From positions 1 to 33,203 of the forward strand of contig DAOWJS010000103.1 in assembly GCA_030640255.1 (NCBI GenBank): a stretch of 33,203 bases of DNA, in the 5' to 3' direction. The position numbers were made by a program, and so were the translations under genes. A model generated the notes under the pieces. It was not told where the DNA came from. It made no database searches and worked only from the letters and a program-made list of their open reading frames with translations. Positions 8,524 through 18,382 of this stretch are shown here, piece by piece (within the stretch, counting starts at the first letter, position 1; every line of letters starts with the position of its first letter). This DNA comes from Dehalococcoidales bacterium (GTDB taxonomy: Bacteria; Chloroflexota; Dehalococcoidia; Dehalococcoidales; GCA-2688105).

Positions 8524-9468
8524 TTGGATCCCTTACTTTATGTCTTTGACCTCATCGTCTTTATTGGCATCTTTGGCATTGTCTCTCTAAGCCTTAACTT
8601 GGAGTTTGGCTTCGCCGGACTTGCCAATTTTGGCAAGGTAGCTTTCTTCCTCATCGGTGCTTATACCTATGCCCTTCTCTCTCAAATTGGCCTTCCCTTT
8701 TACCTTTGCCTTATCGCTGGTGGCTTAATCTCAGCTATTTTTGGTTTGCTTGTTTCTTTGCCTGCTCTGAGGCTAAGGGCTGATTACTTGGCCATAGCCG
8801 TCTTGGCCTTTGGAGAAATCTTGAGGTTGATTGTTAAATCTGAGGACTGGCTTGCCGGCGGCGATTGGGGAATAACGGTTTCTTCAGCTATTTCCTTGGC
8901 GGGTGCTTCTCACCGCGTTGATGCTTTGGTAAATATTGCTCTAGTCTATTTCTGTTTGTTTATCTGTTTCACTGTGGCTCAGCTATTGGCCAACTCTCCC
9001 TACGGCAGGGCAATGCGAGCCATAAGAGAAGACGAAATAGCCGCTGAGACACTAGGTAAGAGCAGGGCTAAATTTAAGGCTCAAGCATTAATGTTGGGTT
9101 CGGCTATGGCTGGAGTAGCTGGGGGGCTTTACGCTCAGTATCTCCACTGCGTCCTCCCCGGTATGTTTATGCCTATGATTACCTTTACCGTGTGGATAAT
9201 GGTTCTCTTGGGAGGACCAGCTAATAACTGGGGTGCATTATTGGGTGCTGCTCTGGTAGAGATTTTCGATAGGGGTACAAATATAGTCAAGGACTATTTC
9301 GTTTTGCCTATTGACCCCAGCAACTTGCAGTATATTCTATTTGGCGCTTTGATCATATTTGTGCTACTATATAGACCGCATGGTCTGCTAAAGGAAAGCT
9401 CTATCAAGACAAAGGCACTGAGGTTAGCCTACAATGGAAGACGCTCTATTAAGAATAAGAGAAGTTAG
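8524..9468 (+). CDS. livM: Branched-chain amino-acid ABC transporter permease
   Basis: LNLEFGFAGLANFG, LRLRADYLAI, SPYGRAMRAIREDE; TTG start. Confidence 0.9.
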   Translation: MDPLLYVFDLIVFIGIFGIVSLSLNLEFGFAGLANFGKVAFFLIGAYTYALLSQIGLPFYLCLIAGGLISAIFGLLVSLPALRLRADYLAIAVLAFGEILRLIVKSEDWLAGGDWGITVSSAISLAGASHRVDALVNIALVYFCLFICFTVAQLLANSPYGRAMRAIREDEIAAETLGKSRAKFKAQALMLGSAMAGVAGGLYAQYLHCVLPGMFMPMITFTVWIMVLLGGPANNWGALLGAALVEIFDRGTNIVKDYFVLPIDPSNLQYILFGALIIFVLLYRPHGLLKESSIKTKALRLAYNGRRSIKNKRS

Positions 9469-10198
9469 CAAGCACTTTGGCGGTGTTTACGCCGTCAACG
9501 GGGTAAGCCTGGACATCACTCATGGTGGGGTTTGTGGATTGGTGGGGCCTAATGGCAGTGGCAAGACGACCTTGTTTAATACCATCCTTGGCCTTCATAG
9601 ACCTGACCAGGGAGAAATCTACTTCCACGGCGAGTGTATCAATAACCTGGCTCCTCACCAGATTTATGAGTTAGGCTTGGTAAATGCCTTTCAATTACCT
9701 CGACTCTTTTATGACCTCAGCGTACTGGATAATATGCTGGTGGCGGCACGGGGTCACCAGGGCGATAGGCTGTTTAATAGCCTTTTCCTGAGACGGAGAT
9801 GGCAGGAGCAGGAAAAAGGCTTGATTGAGGAGGCTCTGGATATCCTGGAACTTGTGGAGCTGGATAAATGGGTTTCTTCTCCCGCTGGTGAGCTTTCTGG
9901 TGGACAGAGAAAACTTCTTGAAGTTGCCCGGGGGCTTATGGCCAAGCCGACACTTTTGCTCCTAGACGAACCAGCAGCAGGCATAAATCCCGTACTGGGC
10001 AAGAAAATATTTCAGAAATTGGCAGATTTCTCCCATAACGGCATAACCTTTTTCGTTGTGGAGCACCGGTTAGAGATACTGTTCGAGTTTGCCTCCTGGG
10101 TCTATGTTATGGATAAAGGCAGGATAGCAATTGCCGGACAGCCGCAAAACATAATCGGCGACCCCACTTTCTACACAATATATTTAGGGGAAGAATAA
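9434..10198 (+). CDS. livG: Branched-chain amino-acid ABC transporter ATP-binding protein
   Basis: GPNGSGKT, LSGGQ, LLLDEPAAG, VEH. Confidence 0.92.
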   Translation: MEDALLRIREVSKHFGGVYAVNGVSLDITHGGVCGLVGPNGSGKTTLFNTILGLHRPDQGEIYFHGECINNLAPHQIYELGLVNAFQLPRLFYDLSVLDNMLVAARGHQGDRLFNSLFLRRRWQEQEKGLIEEALDILELVELDKWVSSPAGELSGGQRKLLEVARGLMAKPTLLLLDEPAAGINPVLGKKIFQKLADFSHNGITFFVVEHRLEILFEFASWVYVMDKGRIAIAGQPQNIIGDPTFYTIYLGEE

Positions 10199-10927
10199 AT
10201 GGACCCTATCTTTGTGGCTGAAGACATCAATGCTGGCTATGGCGACGTCATTATTGTTCAAGGTGTCTCTATCCAGTTGGCCGAGGGTGAGACCGTAGCC
10301 ATCGTGGGGCCTAATGGCAGCGGCAAGTCAACTTTGATTAAAAGCTTCCTTGGCTTTGCTAGGTTATTTCAAGGCAGCGTCTTCTATCAAGGGAAGGACA
10401 TCACAGGCATAGCCTCTAATCGAGCAGTGAGCCTGGGAATAGGCTATGTTCCTCAGATAAACAATGTCTTCCTCAATCTTACTACAGCCGAAAATTTGGA
10501 TATGGGAGCCTATCACAGAAAAGGTAAGGCTTCTATTAAAGCTGGGATGGCCGAGATATATGACATGTTCCCTGAGCTTGAAGCTAGGAAAAATGGCTTG
10601 GCAGGAAATTTAAGCGGTGGTGAAAGGCAAATGCTGGCTATAGCCAGAGCTATGATGGCACAGCCTAAAGTTCTGTTCCTCGATGAGCCATTAGCTTCTT
10701 TGTCTCCCAAGCCAGCTTCAGCCATCCTGTCTAAGATGGAAAACATAAGAGAAAGCGGCACTGCTATAATAATAGTAGAGCAAAATGTCAAAAAGGCCTT
10801 GAGCGTATCTAATCGGGGCTATGTTTTGGTTAATGGCACCTGTGCTATAGAAGGAGACGCAGCCTCTCTATTTGCCGAAGACTCCTCCAAACAGCGCTAT
10901 TTGGGATTAGAAGCTAAAAAGGATTGA
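10199..10927 (+). CDS. livF: Branched-chain amino-acid ABC transporter ATP-binding protein
   Basis: GPNGSGKS, LSGGERQMLA, LDEP, VEQN. Confidence 0.92.
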   Translation: MDPIFVAEDINAGYGDVIIVQGVSIQLAEGETVAIVGPNGSGKSTLIKSFLGFARLFQGSVFYQGKDITGIASNRAVSLGIGYVPQINNVFLNLTTAENLDMGAYHRKGKASIKAGMAEIYDMFPELEARKNGLAGNLSGGERQMLAIARAMMAQPKVLFLDEPLASLSPKPASAILSKMENIRESGTAIIIVEQNVKKALSVSNRGYVLVNGTCAIEGDAASLFAEDSSKQRYLGLEAKKD

Positions 10928-11051
10928 CGTAAACCTATCTGGTATTAAATTTAGTATTAAAATTGGGTATGTTAAGAAAGGAGGTGAAGGAATAGTTTAT
11001 TTTCCAGGGTAAATTAGTTTCTAACATTAAACCTTGAAGAAGAGGTGATAC

Positions 11052-12221
11052 ATGATTAAAAGATTATTATTGGTGGCAGCTACCTTAGCTTTGCTTATAC
11101 CAGTTACAGCTTGTGCTCCGGCAGAGGCTGAGACAATCAAGATAGGCTGTATACTGGACCTCAGTGGAGACTTGGCTCCTATGGGGGCTAGGATGCTGGA
11201 CGGCGCAAAGCTAGCAGTTGAGGAGATCAACGCCGCTGGGGGTGTACTGGGAAAACAGGTGGAATTAGTGGCGGAGGATGGCAAGACAGACCCGGCCGCA
11301 GGATTGGACAGAGTCAAAAAGTTAATCGAGATAGACGGGGTACAGGTAATCGCTGGCCCTATGATCTCCGGCTCCTCTAAGCTTGCAATCCCCTATGCGA
11401 AGGAACATAAAGTCCCTCTGATAACGATGTCAGCTACGGCATTTGAACTCTCTGAACTAGAGGGGACAGAATGGTTCTTCCGCGCCTGTCTTATGGATGA
11501 TGCCCAAGGTCGGGTGTTAGCCGACGTCATTATGGACAAAGGCTATACCAGAGTAGCTTCCATAGTACTGGATAACCTATACGGCAAAGGTGTGGAAAAA
11601 GCTCTTATTGAGGGACTTGAAGAGGGGGGGTGGCAAGGAGAGGTAGTAGTAACGGTACACTACGACGAGGCTAAGAAGGATTATCGCACCGAGCTAGGGC
11701 AAATCAAGGATAGCAATCCTGATGTAGTCCTTATTGTTAGCTATGCTGATGACGGCATTATAGTTTTTAAGCAAGCCTTAGAGATGGGCTTGGATAGTAT
11801 CGCCTGGCTTGGCTGTGATGGTAACTATGGCTCAGGCTTATTTAAAGAACCAAGGAGCGCTGAGTTCATGGAAAAGGCCATTGTTGCTGGAACCAGAACT
11901 GTTGGCTCAGGGTCAACCTACGATGAGTTTGTGGCTAAATATACTGAGGAATTCGGCGAGGCTCCCGAAATCTACTGTGATACTACCTATGATGCGGTAT
12001 GGGCAGCAGCCAAGGCAATAGAGGCAGCCGGTGTCTATGACGGCGTAGCCATAAGGACTGCCTTGACCAAACTGGAATTCGAAGGCGCCAGCGGCCCTAT
12101 CAGCTTCAACGAGAAGGGTGACCGCGCTTCCGGTAGCTTTGAGCTCTGGAAAGTGGTGAAGGACCCCACGACTGAAACTGGCTACAAGAATGTGCGAATA
12201 AAGCTGGTTACCCTGGAGTAG
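11052..12221 (+). CDS. Branched-chain amino-acid ABC transporter substrate-binding lipoprotein (LivK/J family)
   Basis: Lipobox VTAC, IKIG...LSG, AVEEINAAGGVLG, YDAV and GASGPISFNEKGDR. Confidence 0.9.
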   Translation: MIKRLLLVAATLALLIPVTACAPAEAETIKIGCILDLSGDLAPMGARMLDGAKLAVEEINAAGGVLGKQVELVAEDGKTDPAAGLDRVKKLIEIDGVQVIAGPMISGSSKLAIPYAKEHKVPLITMSATAFELSELEGTEWFFRACLMDDAQGRVLADVIMDKGYTRVASIVLDNLYGKGVEKALIEGLEEGGWQGEVVVTVHYDEAKKDYRTELGQIKDSNPDVVLIVSYADDGIIVFKQALEMGLDSIAWLGCDGNYGSGLFKEPRSAEFMEKAIVAGTRTVGSGSTYDEFVAKYTEEFGEAPEIYCDTTYDAVWAAAKAIEAAGVYDGVAIRTALTKLEFEGASGPISFNEKGDRASGSFELWKVVKDPTTETGYKNVRIKLVTLE

Positions 12222-12259
12222 AAACCACGATTATTTCTCGACTGCTAGCTGCAAAGCAA

Positions 12260-12346
12260 GCCGCTGAGGGTGTCTATTCCGATTATACATTGGAGATGGT
12301 CGAAGCCGCTGAGTTTATGGAGAAAGCAGTCATCGGCACCAGTCCT
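12260..12346 (+). pseudogene. Short fragment of a paralogous LivK-type substrate-binding protein
   Basis: Translates to AAEGVYSDYTLEMVEAAEFMEKAVIGTSP, aligning with GCDGNYGSGLFKEPRSAEFMEKAIVAGTR in the adjacent SBP. Confidence 0.6.
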
Positions 12347-12384
12347 AAGGGTAAAAGTTATCTCATTATAGTCAACGGCAAACT

Positions 12385-12433
12385 AATAAACAGGGGAGAT
12401 TGGAGTTGGTGCCAGTTTCCCCTGTTTTATTTT
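12385..12433 (+). terminator. Rho-independent terminator after the liv operon
   Basis: AAACAGGGGAGATTGG-loop-CCAGTTTCCCCTGTTT hairpin followed by a T-rich tract. Confidence 0.7.
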
Positions 12434-12503
12434 GGCTTGGTCTTTTGTATCTGAGTCAGCACCAATCGTGACTTTGGTCAATACCCCCAGCTACTGACCT
12501 CTC

Positions 12504-12533
12504 TTGCCATCGTCTTCAACTGGGTGTTAGAAT
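12504..12533 (+). promoter_or_regulatory. Sigma70-type promoter for tRNA-Lys(CUU)
   Basis: TTGCCA-18 nt-TAGAAT with TG extension. Confidence 0.55.
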
Positions 12534-12557
12534 AAGGAACAGCAGTTACACAAATAT

Positions 12558-12630
12558 GGGCCGCTAGCTCAACTGGAAGAGCAGCTGACTCTTAATCAGC
12601 CGGTTGGAGGTTCGAGTCCTCCGCGGCTCA
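12558..12630 (+). tRNA. tRNA-Lys (anticodon CUU), CCA not encoded
   Basis: GGGCCGCTAGCTCAACTGGAAGAGCAGCTGACTCTTAATCAGCCGGTTGGAGGTTCGAGTCCTCCGCGGCTCA folds as a cloverleaf with anticodon CTT; followed by CAT rather than CCA. Confidence 0.95.
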
Positions 12631-12692
12631 CATTCAAATAGGGAACAAAGCTAGGCCTAACAACCTGCACCGGGCGGGCTCCCCAAAACAGC

Positions 12693-13232
12693 ATGGTGCA
12701 AAGTGGAACTTGGGAATGGCTACTGCAGGGCTTCAAGTTTGAGCTGGAGACAGAAGTTAAACCTAGAACCGTTGAATATTACTATAAGCACGCTAGGTTA
12801 TGTGCTAGGTGGGCCCAAAATCAGGGCCTAGATGACCCTTACTTCATTACTAAGCGCCACCTTCAGGCTTTCCTTTATCAGATTGTTCGCAACTCGGAGA
12901 TGTGGATAGGCGGGAACGGCGCTATCTGTAAAGCCCAGCGTAGCGAGCGTACCCGCTGGCATTATTACCGGGCGTTAAAGCGCTTCTTCAGTTGGGCGGC
13001 GAAGGAAGACTATTTTAACCAAAACCCTCTGAATGGCATTAAGCTAAAGGCCCCGAAACCTCCACCTAAGGCATACCAGAGATATGAAGTGCTATCGGCA
13101 TACGAGCTATTCACTCTAACGTTATGCCAACTACCGCCTGACCTCCCCTCTGTAGTGGTTGAGGCTGTTAGGCGAGAGGGCTTTCTATTTATCCCTCAAA
13201 AATGCCCTGCTAGAAATATGATGAAAATATAG
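12693..13232 (+). pseudogene. Tyrosine integrase relic (N-terminal SAM-like/core-binding domain only)
   Basis: KPRTVEYY...ITKRHLQAFL...HYYRALKRFFSWAAKEDYFNQNPLNGIKLKAPK is typical of phage-integrase N-terminal domains. No R...HxxR...Y catalytic residues follow. Lies immediately 3' of a tRNA. Confidence 0.75.
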
Positions 13233-13460
13233 GTTCATTCTGAAATTCAACATTTGTTCGAATTGTTACCCCTTTGAAGGAAAGTCCATTATGTGTGATA
13301 AGTAATGAAATGGCTGATTGTTACCTGGATGTGGCGTTTCAAGGTAATTCCATGACAATCCGATGAACTGTTAGTCTCCACATTTATTTATTGTTGCCTA
13401 ACCCTAAGCCCCTGTTATATTATTAAGCACAGAAAACTACTATTGACAAGGAGGAAAGGT

Positions 13461-14426
13461 ATGTGGCTTCAAACCAGGATGTTCCTGCTAGTCGCCGTTC
13501 TCTTTGGCATCCTTTATGGCGTGATTACCGGCATCGGCACCTGGATGGGAGCCGGAAGTGCTGCGTTCTACATTATCATTGCCTTCGTCTTCCTCGGTAT
13601 CCAGTATCTGATTAGCCCGGCTATAGTGGGTCGGATAATGAAGATAAGGTGGGTTTCGGAAAAAGAGGAGCCAGAGCTACACCGAATAGTTACTGAACTA
13701 GCCAAGGAGGCACGTCTCCCCAAGCCTAAAGTTGGCATCTCCCAGCTGGCTATACCCAATGCCTTTGCTTTCGGTCGAACACAACATGATGGGCGGGTTT
13801 GCGTTACTCAGGGTATCCTGAAGCTACTGAGCCGAGACGAATTGAGAGCTGTCCTCGGGCACGAGCTATCTCACATCAAGCATCGGGACATGGTAATCAT
13901 TACCTTACTTTCGGCTATCCCACTGATAATGTACTGGCTCGCCTGGAGCATGATGTGGGGAGGGGCTTTCGGTGGTCGCCGAGCGGGGGGTGGTTATGCC
14001 GCGCTAATCGGGCTCGGTGCCTTCCTCCTTTACTTCATTACCAACCTATTGGTGCTCTATGGCTCTAGGATACGTGAGTATTATGCTGACCTGGGAAGCG
14101 TTCAGTTGGGGAATATGCCCCATCACCTGGCTTCGGCACTATATAAGTTGACCTACGGAAATGCTCGCCTCAGGGACAAGGAGGAATTGAGGCGGGTTGA
14201 GGGAGTCAAGGCCCTCTTCATTAATGACCCTTCCCGGGCGTGGGGTGAAATTAGAGAGCTATCCCAGATTGACCGTGACATGAGTGGCACTATCGACTAT
14301 GACGAACTCATGGAACTGCGTCAGAAGGAAGTGCGGCTGGGCACTGCCCATAAATTGATGGAGCTTTTCACCACCCATCCTAACATGCTCAAAAGGATAA
14401 AACACCTCTCTACTCTAACCGTTTGA
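13461..14426 (+). CDS. htpX: M48-family zinc metalloprotease HtpX
   Basis: PNAFAFG, HELSH zinc motif, SRIREYYAD, FTTHP...RI. ATG at 13461 after SD GGAGG preferred over TTG at 13443. Confidence 0.93.
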   Translation: MWLQTRMFLLVAVLFGILYGVITGIGTWMGAGSAAFYIIIAFVFLGIQYLISPAIVGRIMKIRWVSEKEEPELHRIVTELAKEARLPKPKVGISQLAIPNAFAFGRTQHDGRVCVTQGILKLLSRDELRAVLGHELSHIKHRDMVIITLLSAIPLIMYWLAWSMMWGGAFGGRRAGGGYAALIGLGAFLLYFITNLLVLYGSRIREYYADLGSVQLGNMPHHLASALYKLTYGNARLRDKEELRRVEGVKALFINDPSRAWGEIRELSQIDRDMSGTIDYDELMELRQKEVRLGTAHKLMELFTTHPNMLKRIKHLSTLTV

Positions 14427-14455
14427 TGCTTGGGAAGACGGGGGAGATTTAATAG

Positions 14456-16171
14456 ATGGAGAAACTAAAAATCCTCGTTCTTCTCTCAATGATTGCCATC
14501 CTAATAACTGGCTCATGCCAGGTTGCCCAAGAGACCAAGGGAGTTTATATATCGGGAACATCAGCCGGAGATGCCGAAACGCTCAACTGGATTCTGGCCG
14601 CCGATAGTGCCTCATTAGGTTATGTCGGGCATACCCTGGATTCCCTGGCTACCTATGATAATGAGTGGAATATCCAGTTGCGCTGCGCCGCCAGAGACGT
14701 TGAGGTAAGCGAAGACGGTCTGGTTTATACCGTGACCATTAGAGATGACCTAAAGTGGAGCGATGGGTCTCCGGTTACGGCTGAAGATTATGTCTACACC
14801 CTGAAGGATTTGATGTTCTCCGACTGGCTCAATTACACCTACCAGAGCGACTGGCAAGAACAGGTGAATGACGAAACAGTGTTTGTCACCCCTGAAGTAG
14901 TTAATAAGACCACCTTTACCATAACCCGTCAGACGGTTGACCCCGAATTTATATACACGGTGCGCAATCTGACCCCCTACCCCAAATATATCGCCACTAA
15001 ATACGAAGGTGATATTGATGCCTTCACCCAGGCTCCAGAATTTAATAATTTGACCTACACCGGGAACCTGGGACCATATAAGTTCGTGGAATGGATAAGA
15101 AATGACAAGTTTGTCGTCGAGCGAAACCCGGAGTATTATCTCGGCAAAGACATTAGCGCCCCTTATTTTGAGCAGTATATCGTGAAGCTCTTTGGCACTC
15201 CAGCCACCTGCCACGCCGCCCTTGAAGCCGGAGATATCGCTTATGCCGGTATCGACCCCCCTCATGTGGCTAAGTTCAAAGCCATAGAACGGATTAATGT
15301 CTATACTGTGCCTACCACCGGTTATCTGTTACTGGCGTATAACCTGAGAGATAATGGCTGGGAAGGGCTTAAGCAGAAAGAGGTGAGGCAGGCTCTGTCT
15401 ATGGCCATAAGCAAGGAACTGCTGATAGAAAAGGTGCTTTTTGGCTTTGGTGAGCCTGCCTACAGCTTCATACCTAAACCCTCACCCTGGTATGTATACA
15501 TTGCTACCGCCAAATATGGGGTTGAGCCTCTACTGGATGAAGAAAAGGCTAAAGAACGGTTACTTGAGACGGGCTATGCTACCCAGAGAGCTGACGGCAG
15601 CATAGAAGTTGCTGATAAAGAAGGCAAACCGCTCAAACTGACCCTGGTAACTAACTCCGGGAACGATATACGCGAAAATGTAGGGCACCTGGTGAAGGAA
15701 GAGTTGTCAGCTATTGGCATTGAGGTAGAACTCAAATTTGTCCCCTGGGCAACCGAACTGAGAAAATACCTTATGAATAAGGTTCCCGGCACCGAGCAGG
15801 AACTGGGATACAATAATGGCCCCAGAGCCGTAAGTGAAGAGCCCTGGGACTTGATGGTAATGGGCTTCAATACCCACCCCCTATCGCCTTCAGGCCAGGA
15901 TGTCTTTTATGCTACCCAAGGCGGCTTAAACTTCTGGGGCTATTCCAATAGCCGGGTTGATGAGTTGTTCCAAAGGATAAAGTCAGAGGAAGCCCTTGAC
16001 GAAGGGGTGAGGAAGCAATTATATGCTGAGCTATCCCAGCTTGTTGCTGAGGAACAGCCGGTGAATTTCCTCGCTTTTCAGCTGGCCAACGCCGGCTTCC
16101 AGAAGAACGTCAAGGGGATAGAACCGGGCATAAACATGGGGTATAACTATCACCTGTGGTATTTTGAGTAG
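14456..16171 (+). CDS. Oligopeptide/dipeptide/nickel-type ABC transporter substrate-binding lipoprotein (family 5)
   Basis: Lipobox TGSC, SEDGLVYTVTIR...KWSDGSPVTAED, GPYKF and VRQALSMAI. Confidence 0.9.
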   Translation: MEKLKILVLLSMIAILITGSCQVAQETKGVYISGTSAGDAETLNWILAADSASLGYVGHTLDSLATYDNEWNIQLRCAARDVEVSEDGLVYTVTIRDDLKWSDGSPVTAEDYVYTLKDLMFSDWLNYTYQSDWQEQVNDETVFVTPEVVNKTTFTITRQTVDPEFIYTVRNLTPYPKYIATKYEGDIDAFTQAPEFNNLTYTGNLGPYKFVEWIRNDKFVVERNPEYYLGKDISAPYFEQYIVKLFGTPATCHAALEAGDIAYAGIDPPHVAKFKAIERINVYTVPTTGYLLLAYNLRDNGWEGLKQKEVRQALSMAISKELLIEKVLFGFGEPAYSFIPKPSPWYVYIATAKYGVEPLLDEEKAKERLLETGYATQRADGSIEVADKEGKPLKLTLVTNSGNDIRENVGHLVKEELSAIGIEVELKFVPWATELRKYLMNKVPGTEQELGYNNGPRAVSEEPWDLMVMGFNTHPLSPSGQDVFYATQGGLNFWGYSNSRVDELFQRIKSEEALDEGVRKQLYAELSQLVAEEQPVNFLAFQLANAGFQKNVKGIEPGINMGYNYHLWYFE

Positions 16172-16295
16172 CCTATTCCAATCAAGCTCGTTAAAACCCT
16201 GCTTATCAGGATGAGGTGAACTTTGGGGGTAGAGAAACCGCAAGCGCTTCTGGGTAATTTCTCCCTGCCCATACCTGAAGCCTACTGTAGAACCA

Positions 16296-17273
16296 ATGAA
16301 AAAGACCTGGCTTAGAGATTACATCATTAAAAGGCTACTTTTGGCGATATTTATCGCCTGGGCAGTACTAACCATCACCTTTGTTCTGGTCAGGGTGGGA
16401 CCGACATCACCAGCCGACAAATATCTGGCTAACCTGACCGCCCGGGGGCAGGATGCGGCACAGGTGGTGGCTGCCATAGAGGCTAGATATGGGGTTGATA
16501 TCCCAATATATGAGCAATACATAAATTATATAGTCAACCTGGGACGTGGGGATTGGGGGTGGTCATTAAGCACCTCAATGCCGGTAATGGAGCTAATTAA
16601 AACCCACTGGATTTACTCCTTTCAGTTAATATTTCTGAGCTCCATTTTGGCGGCTTTAATAGGTATCTTAATCGGCATTTATTCTGCTGTCAGGCAATAC
16701 AGTAAGACCGATTACATAGCTACCTTTTTCTCTTTCATTGGTATATCTATCCCCAATTTCTGGCTGGGCGTGATGCTTATTCTCCTCTTTTCGGTGAAGC
16801 TGGGACTATTCAAGACCTATTATGATACCGGTATACCCCTCTTTTCCTTAGCCAATCTCCAGCAGTTAATTTTGCCGGTGATTACCCTTGGTACCGGGAT
16901 GATGGCAGCCTATACCCGGTATACCCGGTCGGCAATGCTGGATAATTTGAGAAAGGAGTTCGTCAGGACCGCCAGAGCCAAAGGACTACCGGAAAGGACA
17001 GTCATCGGCAAGCATGTCTTCAGGAATGCTATTCTGCCTTTAATCACCATCATTATGTTTGATTTGGGCAGCATCGTCTTTGGCGGCGCCTACCTCACCG
17101 AGATTATCTTTGGCATCCCCGGCTTAGGCCAGATATCCTTCAATGCCATCTTTGCCGATGATTATGCGGTAGTCGTCGCCGTAACCGTTATCTCAGCCTT
17201 CTTGATATTGATGATTAACCTCATAACTGATATTACCTATACCTACCTTGACCCGAGGATAAGATATGACTAA
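16296..17273 (+). CDS. Oligopeptide-type ABC permease (OppB/DppB)
   Basis: YIIKRL, GDWGWS, SIPNFWLG, EAA loop FVRTARAKGL, YLDPRIRY. Confidence 0.92.
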   Translation: MKKTWLRDYIIKRLLLAIFIAWAVLTITFVLVRVGPTSPADKYLANLTARGQDAAQVVAAIEARYGVDIPIYEQYINYIVNLGRGDWGWSLSTSMPVMELIKTHWIYSFQLIFLSSILAALIGILIGIYSAVRQYSKTDYIATFFSFIGISIPNFWLGVMLILLFSVKLGLFKTYYDTGIPLFSLANLQQLILPVITLGTGMMAAYTRYTRSAMLDNLRKEFVRTARAKGLPERTVIGKHVFRNAILPLITIIMFDLGSIVFGGAYLTEIIFGIPGLGQISFNAIFADDYAVVVAVTVISAFLILMINLITDITYTYLDPRIRYD

Positions 17274-18381
17274 CCGACTAAAGAACATCAAGCCTATAGC
17301 CCAAAAAGTCGGCGATGTTAAGAACTCTATTTTTATCACCGTCATCGCTCTTCTGGGCATAACTCTTTTACTGGACATTTTTGTAGTTGAGAAGATTTTC
17401 AACCCACTTACTTACCTCTATATTGTCCTGGGCATATTGTTTGTCCGGTATGGAATACCGCTCCTCTACACCAGCCGGAGATTAATTCAATACTACTGGC
17501 AGAGAGCCAGCCGGAACAAACTGGCTGTTGGTGGATTAGCCTTCATTCTGTTTCTAATCCTGCTGGCTTTAATCGGTCCTTTGTTCACTGCTGACCCAAC
17601 CGCGGTCAACTTTGAGGAGAAAAACCTGCCGCCACCGGGTTTCACCCTTGAGGAATCGGTCTATGACCTCAAGACGGGGCAATTTATCACCAATAGAATA
17701 ACCGGAACCACCCAACACCCCCTGGGCACTGATGATAAGGGGCGGGATTTACTGGCGATGATAATTTCCGGAGCCAGAGTCTCTTTGCAGGTTGGTCTAT
17801 TTGCCACCGGTATCGCTATAGCCCTGGGGACGCTTATTGGTGTTACTGCTGCCTATTTAGGTGGCAAGATGGACAATGTCCTGATGAGATTCACTGATAT
17901 TATGATGACCTTCCCCTTCTTCCTGTTGTTAGTGTTCATCGTTTTTATCTTTGGTCCCAACCTAGCTCTTATCGTCATTGTAATCGGTCTTACCGGCTGG
18001 ACGGGCACCGCCCGGCTAATCAGGAGTGAAACCCTTTCATTAAGGACAAGGGAATTCATTATGGCTTCCAAAGCCTTGGGAGCAAGCGATGGCAGAATCA
18101 TTCTGTCCCATCTTATCCCCAATGTCATTAGCCTGATTATAGTAATAGCCACCTTATCTATCCCCGGGGTAATCTTAGCCGAAGCTGCCTTGAGCTTTAT
18201 CGGTTTAGGTGACCCCACCGTAGCCAGTTGGGGGATGATTCTAAAAGCGGGGCAACAAAATCTGGATACTACCTGGTGGGTAGCCGTAGCCCCGGGCATT
18301 ATGCTCTTCCTCACCGTGCTTGCCTTTAATTTCCTAGGCGATGGGCTCAGGGACGCCTTTGACCCCAGGAGTAACGTTTGA
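17266..18381 (+). CDS. Oligopeptide-type ABC permease (OppC/DppC) with N-terminal extension
   Basis: HPLGTDDKGRD, EFIMASKALGAS, EAALSFIGLG, GDGLRDAFDPR. Confidence 0.92.
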   Translation: MTNRLKNIKPIAQKVGDVKNSIFITVIALLGITLLLDIFVVEKIFNPLTYLYIVLGILFVRYGIPLLYTSRRLIQYYWQRASRNKLAVGGLAFILFLILLALIGPLFTADPTAVNFEEKNLPPPGFTLEESVYDLKTGQFITNRITGTTQHPLGTDDKGRDLLAMIISGARVSLQVGLFATGIAIALGTLIGVTAAYLGGKMDNVLMRFTDIMMTFPFFLLLVFIVFIFGPNLALIVIVIGLTGWTGTARLIRSETLSLRTREFIMASKALGASDGRIILSHLIPNVISLIIVIATLSIPGVILAEAALSFIGLGDPTVASWGMILKAGQQNLDTTWWVAVAPGIMLFLTVLAFNFLGDGLRDAFDPRSNV

Positions 18382-18382
18382 T

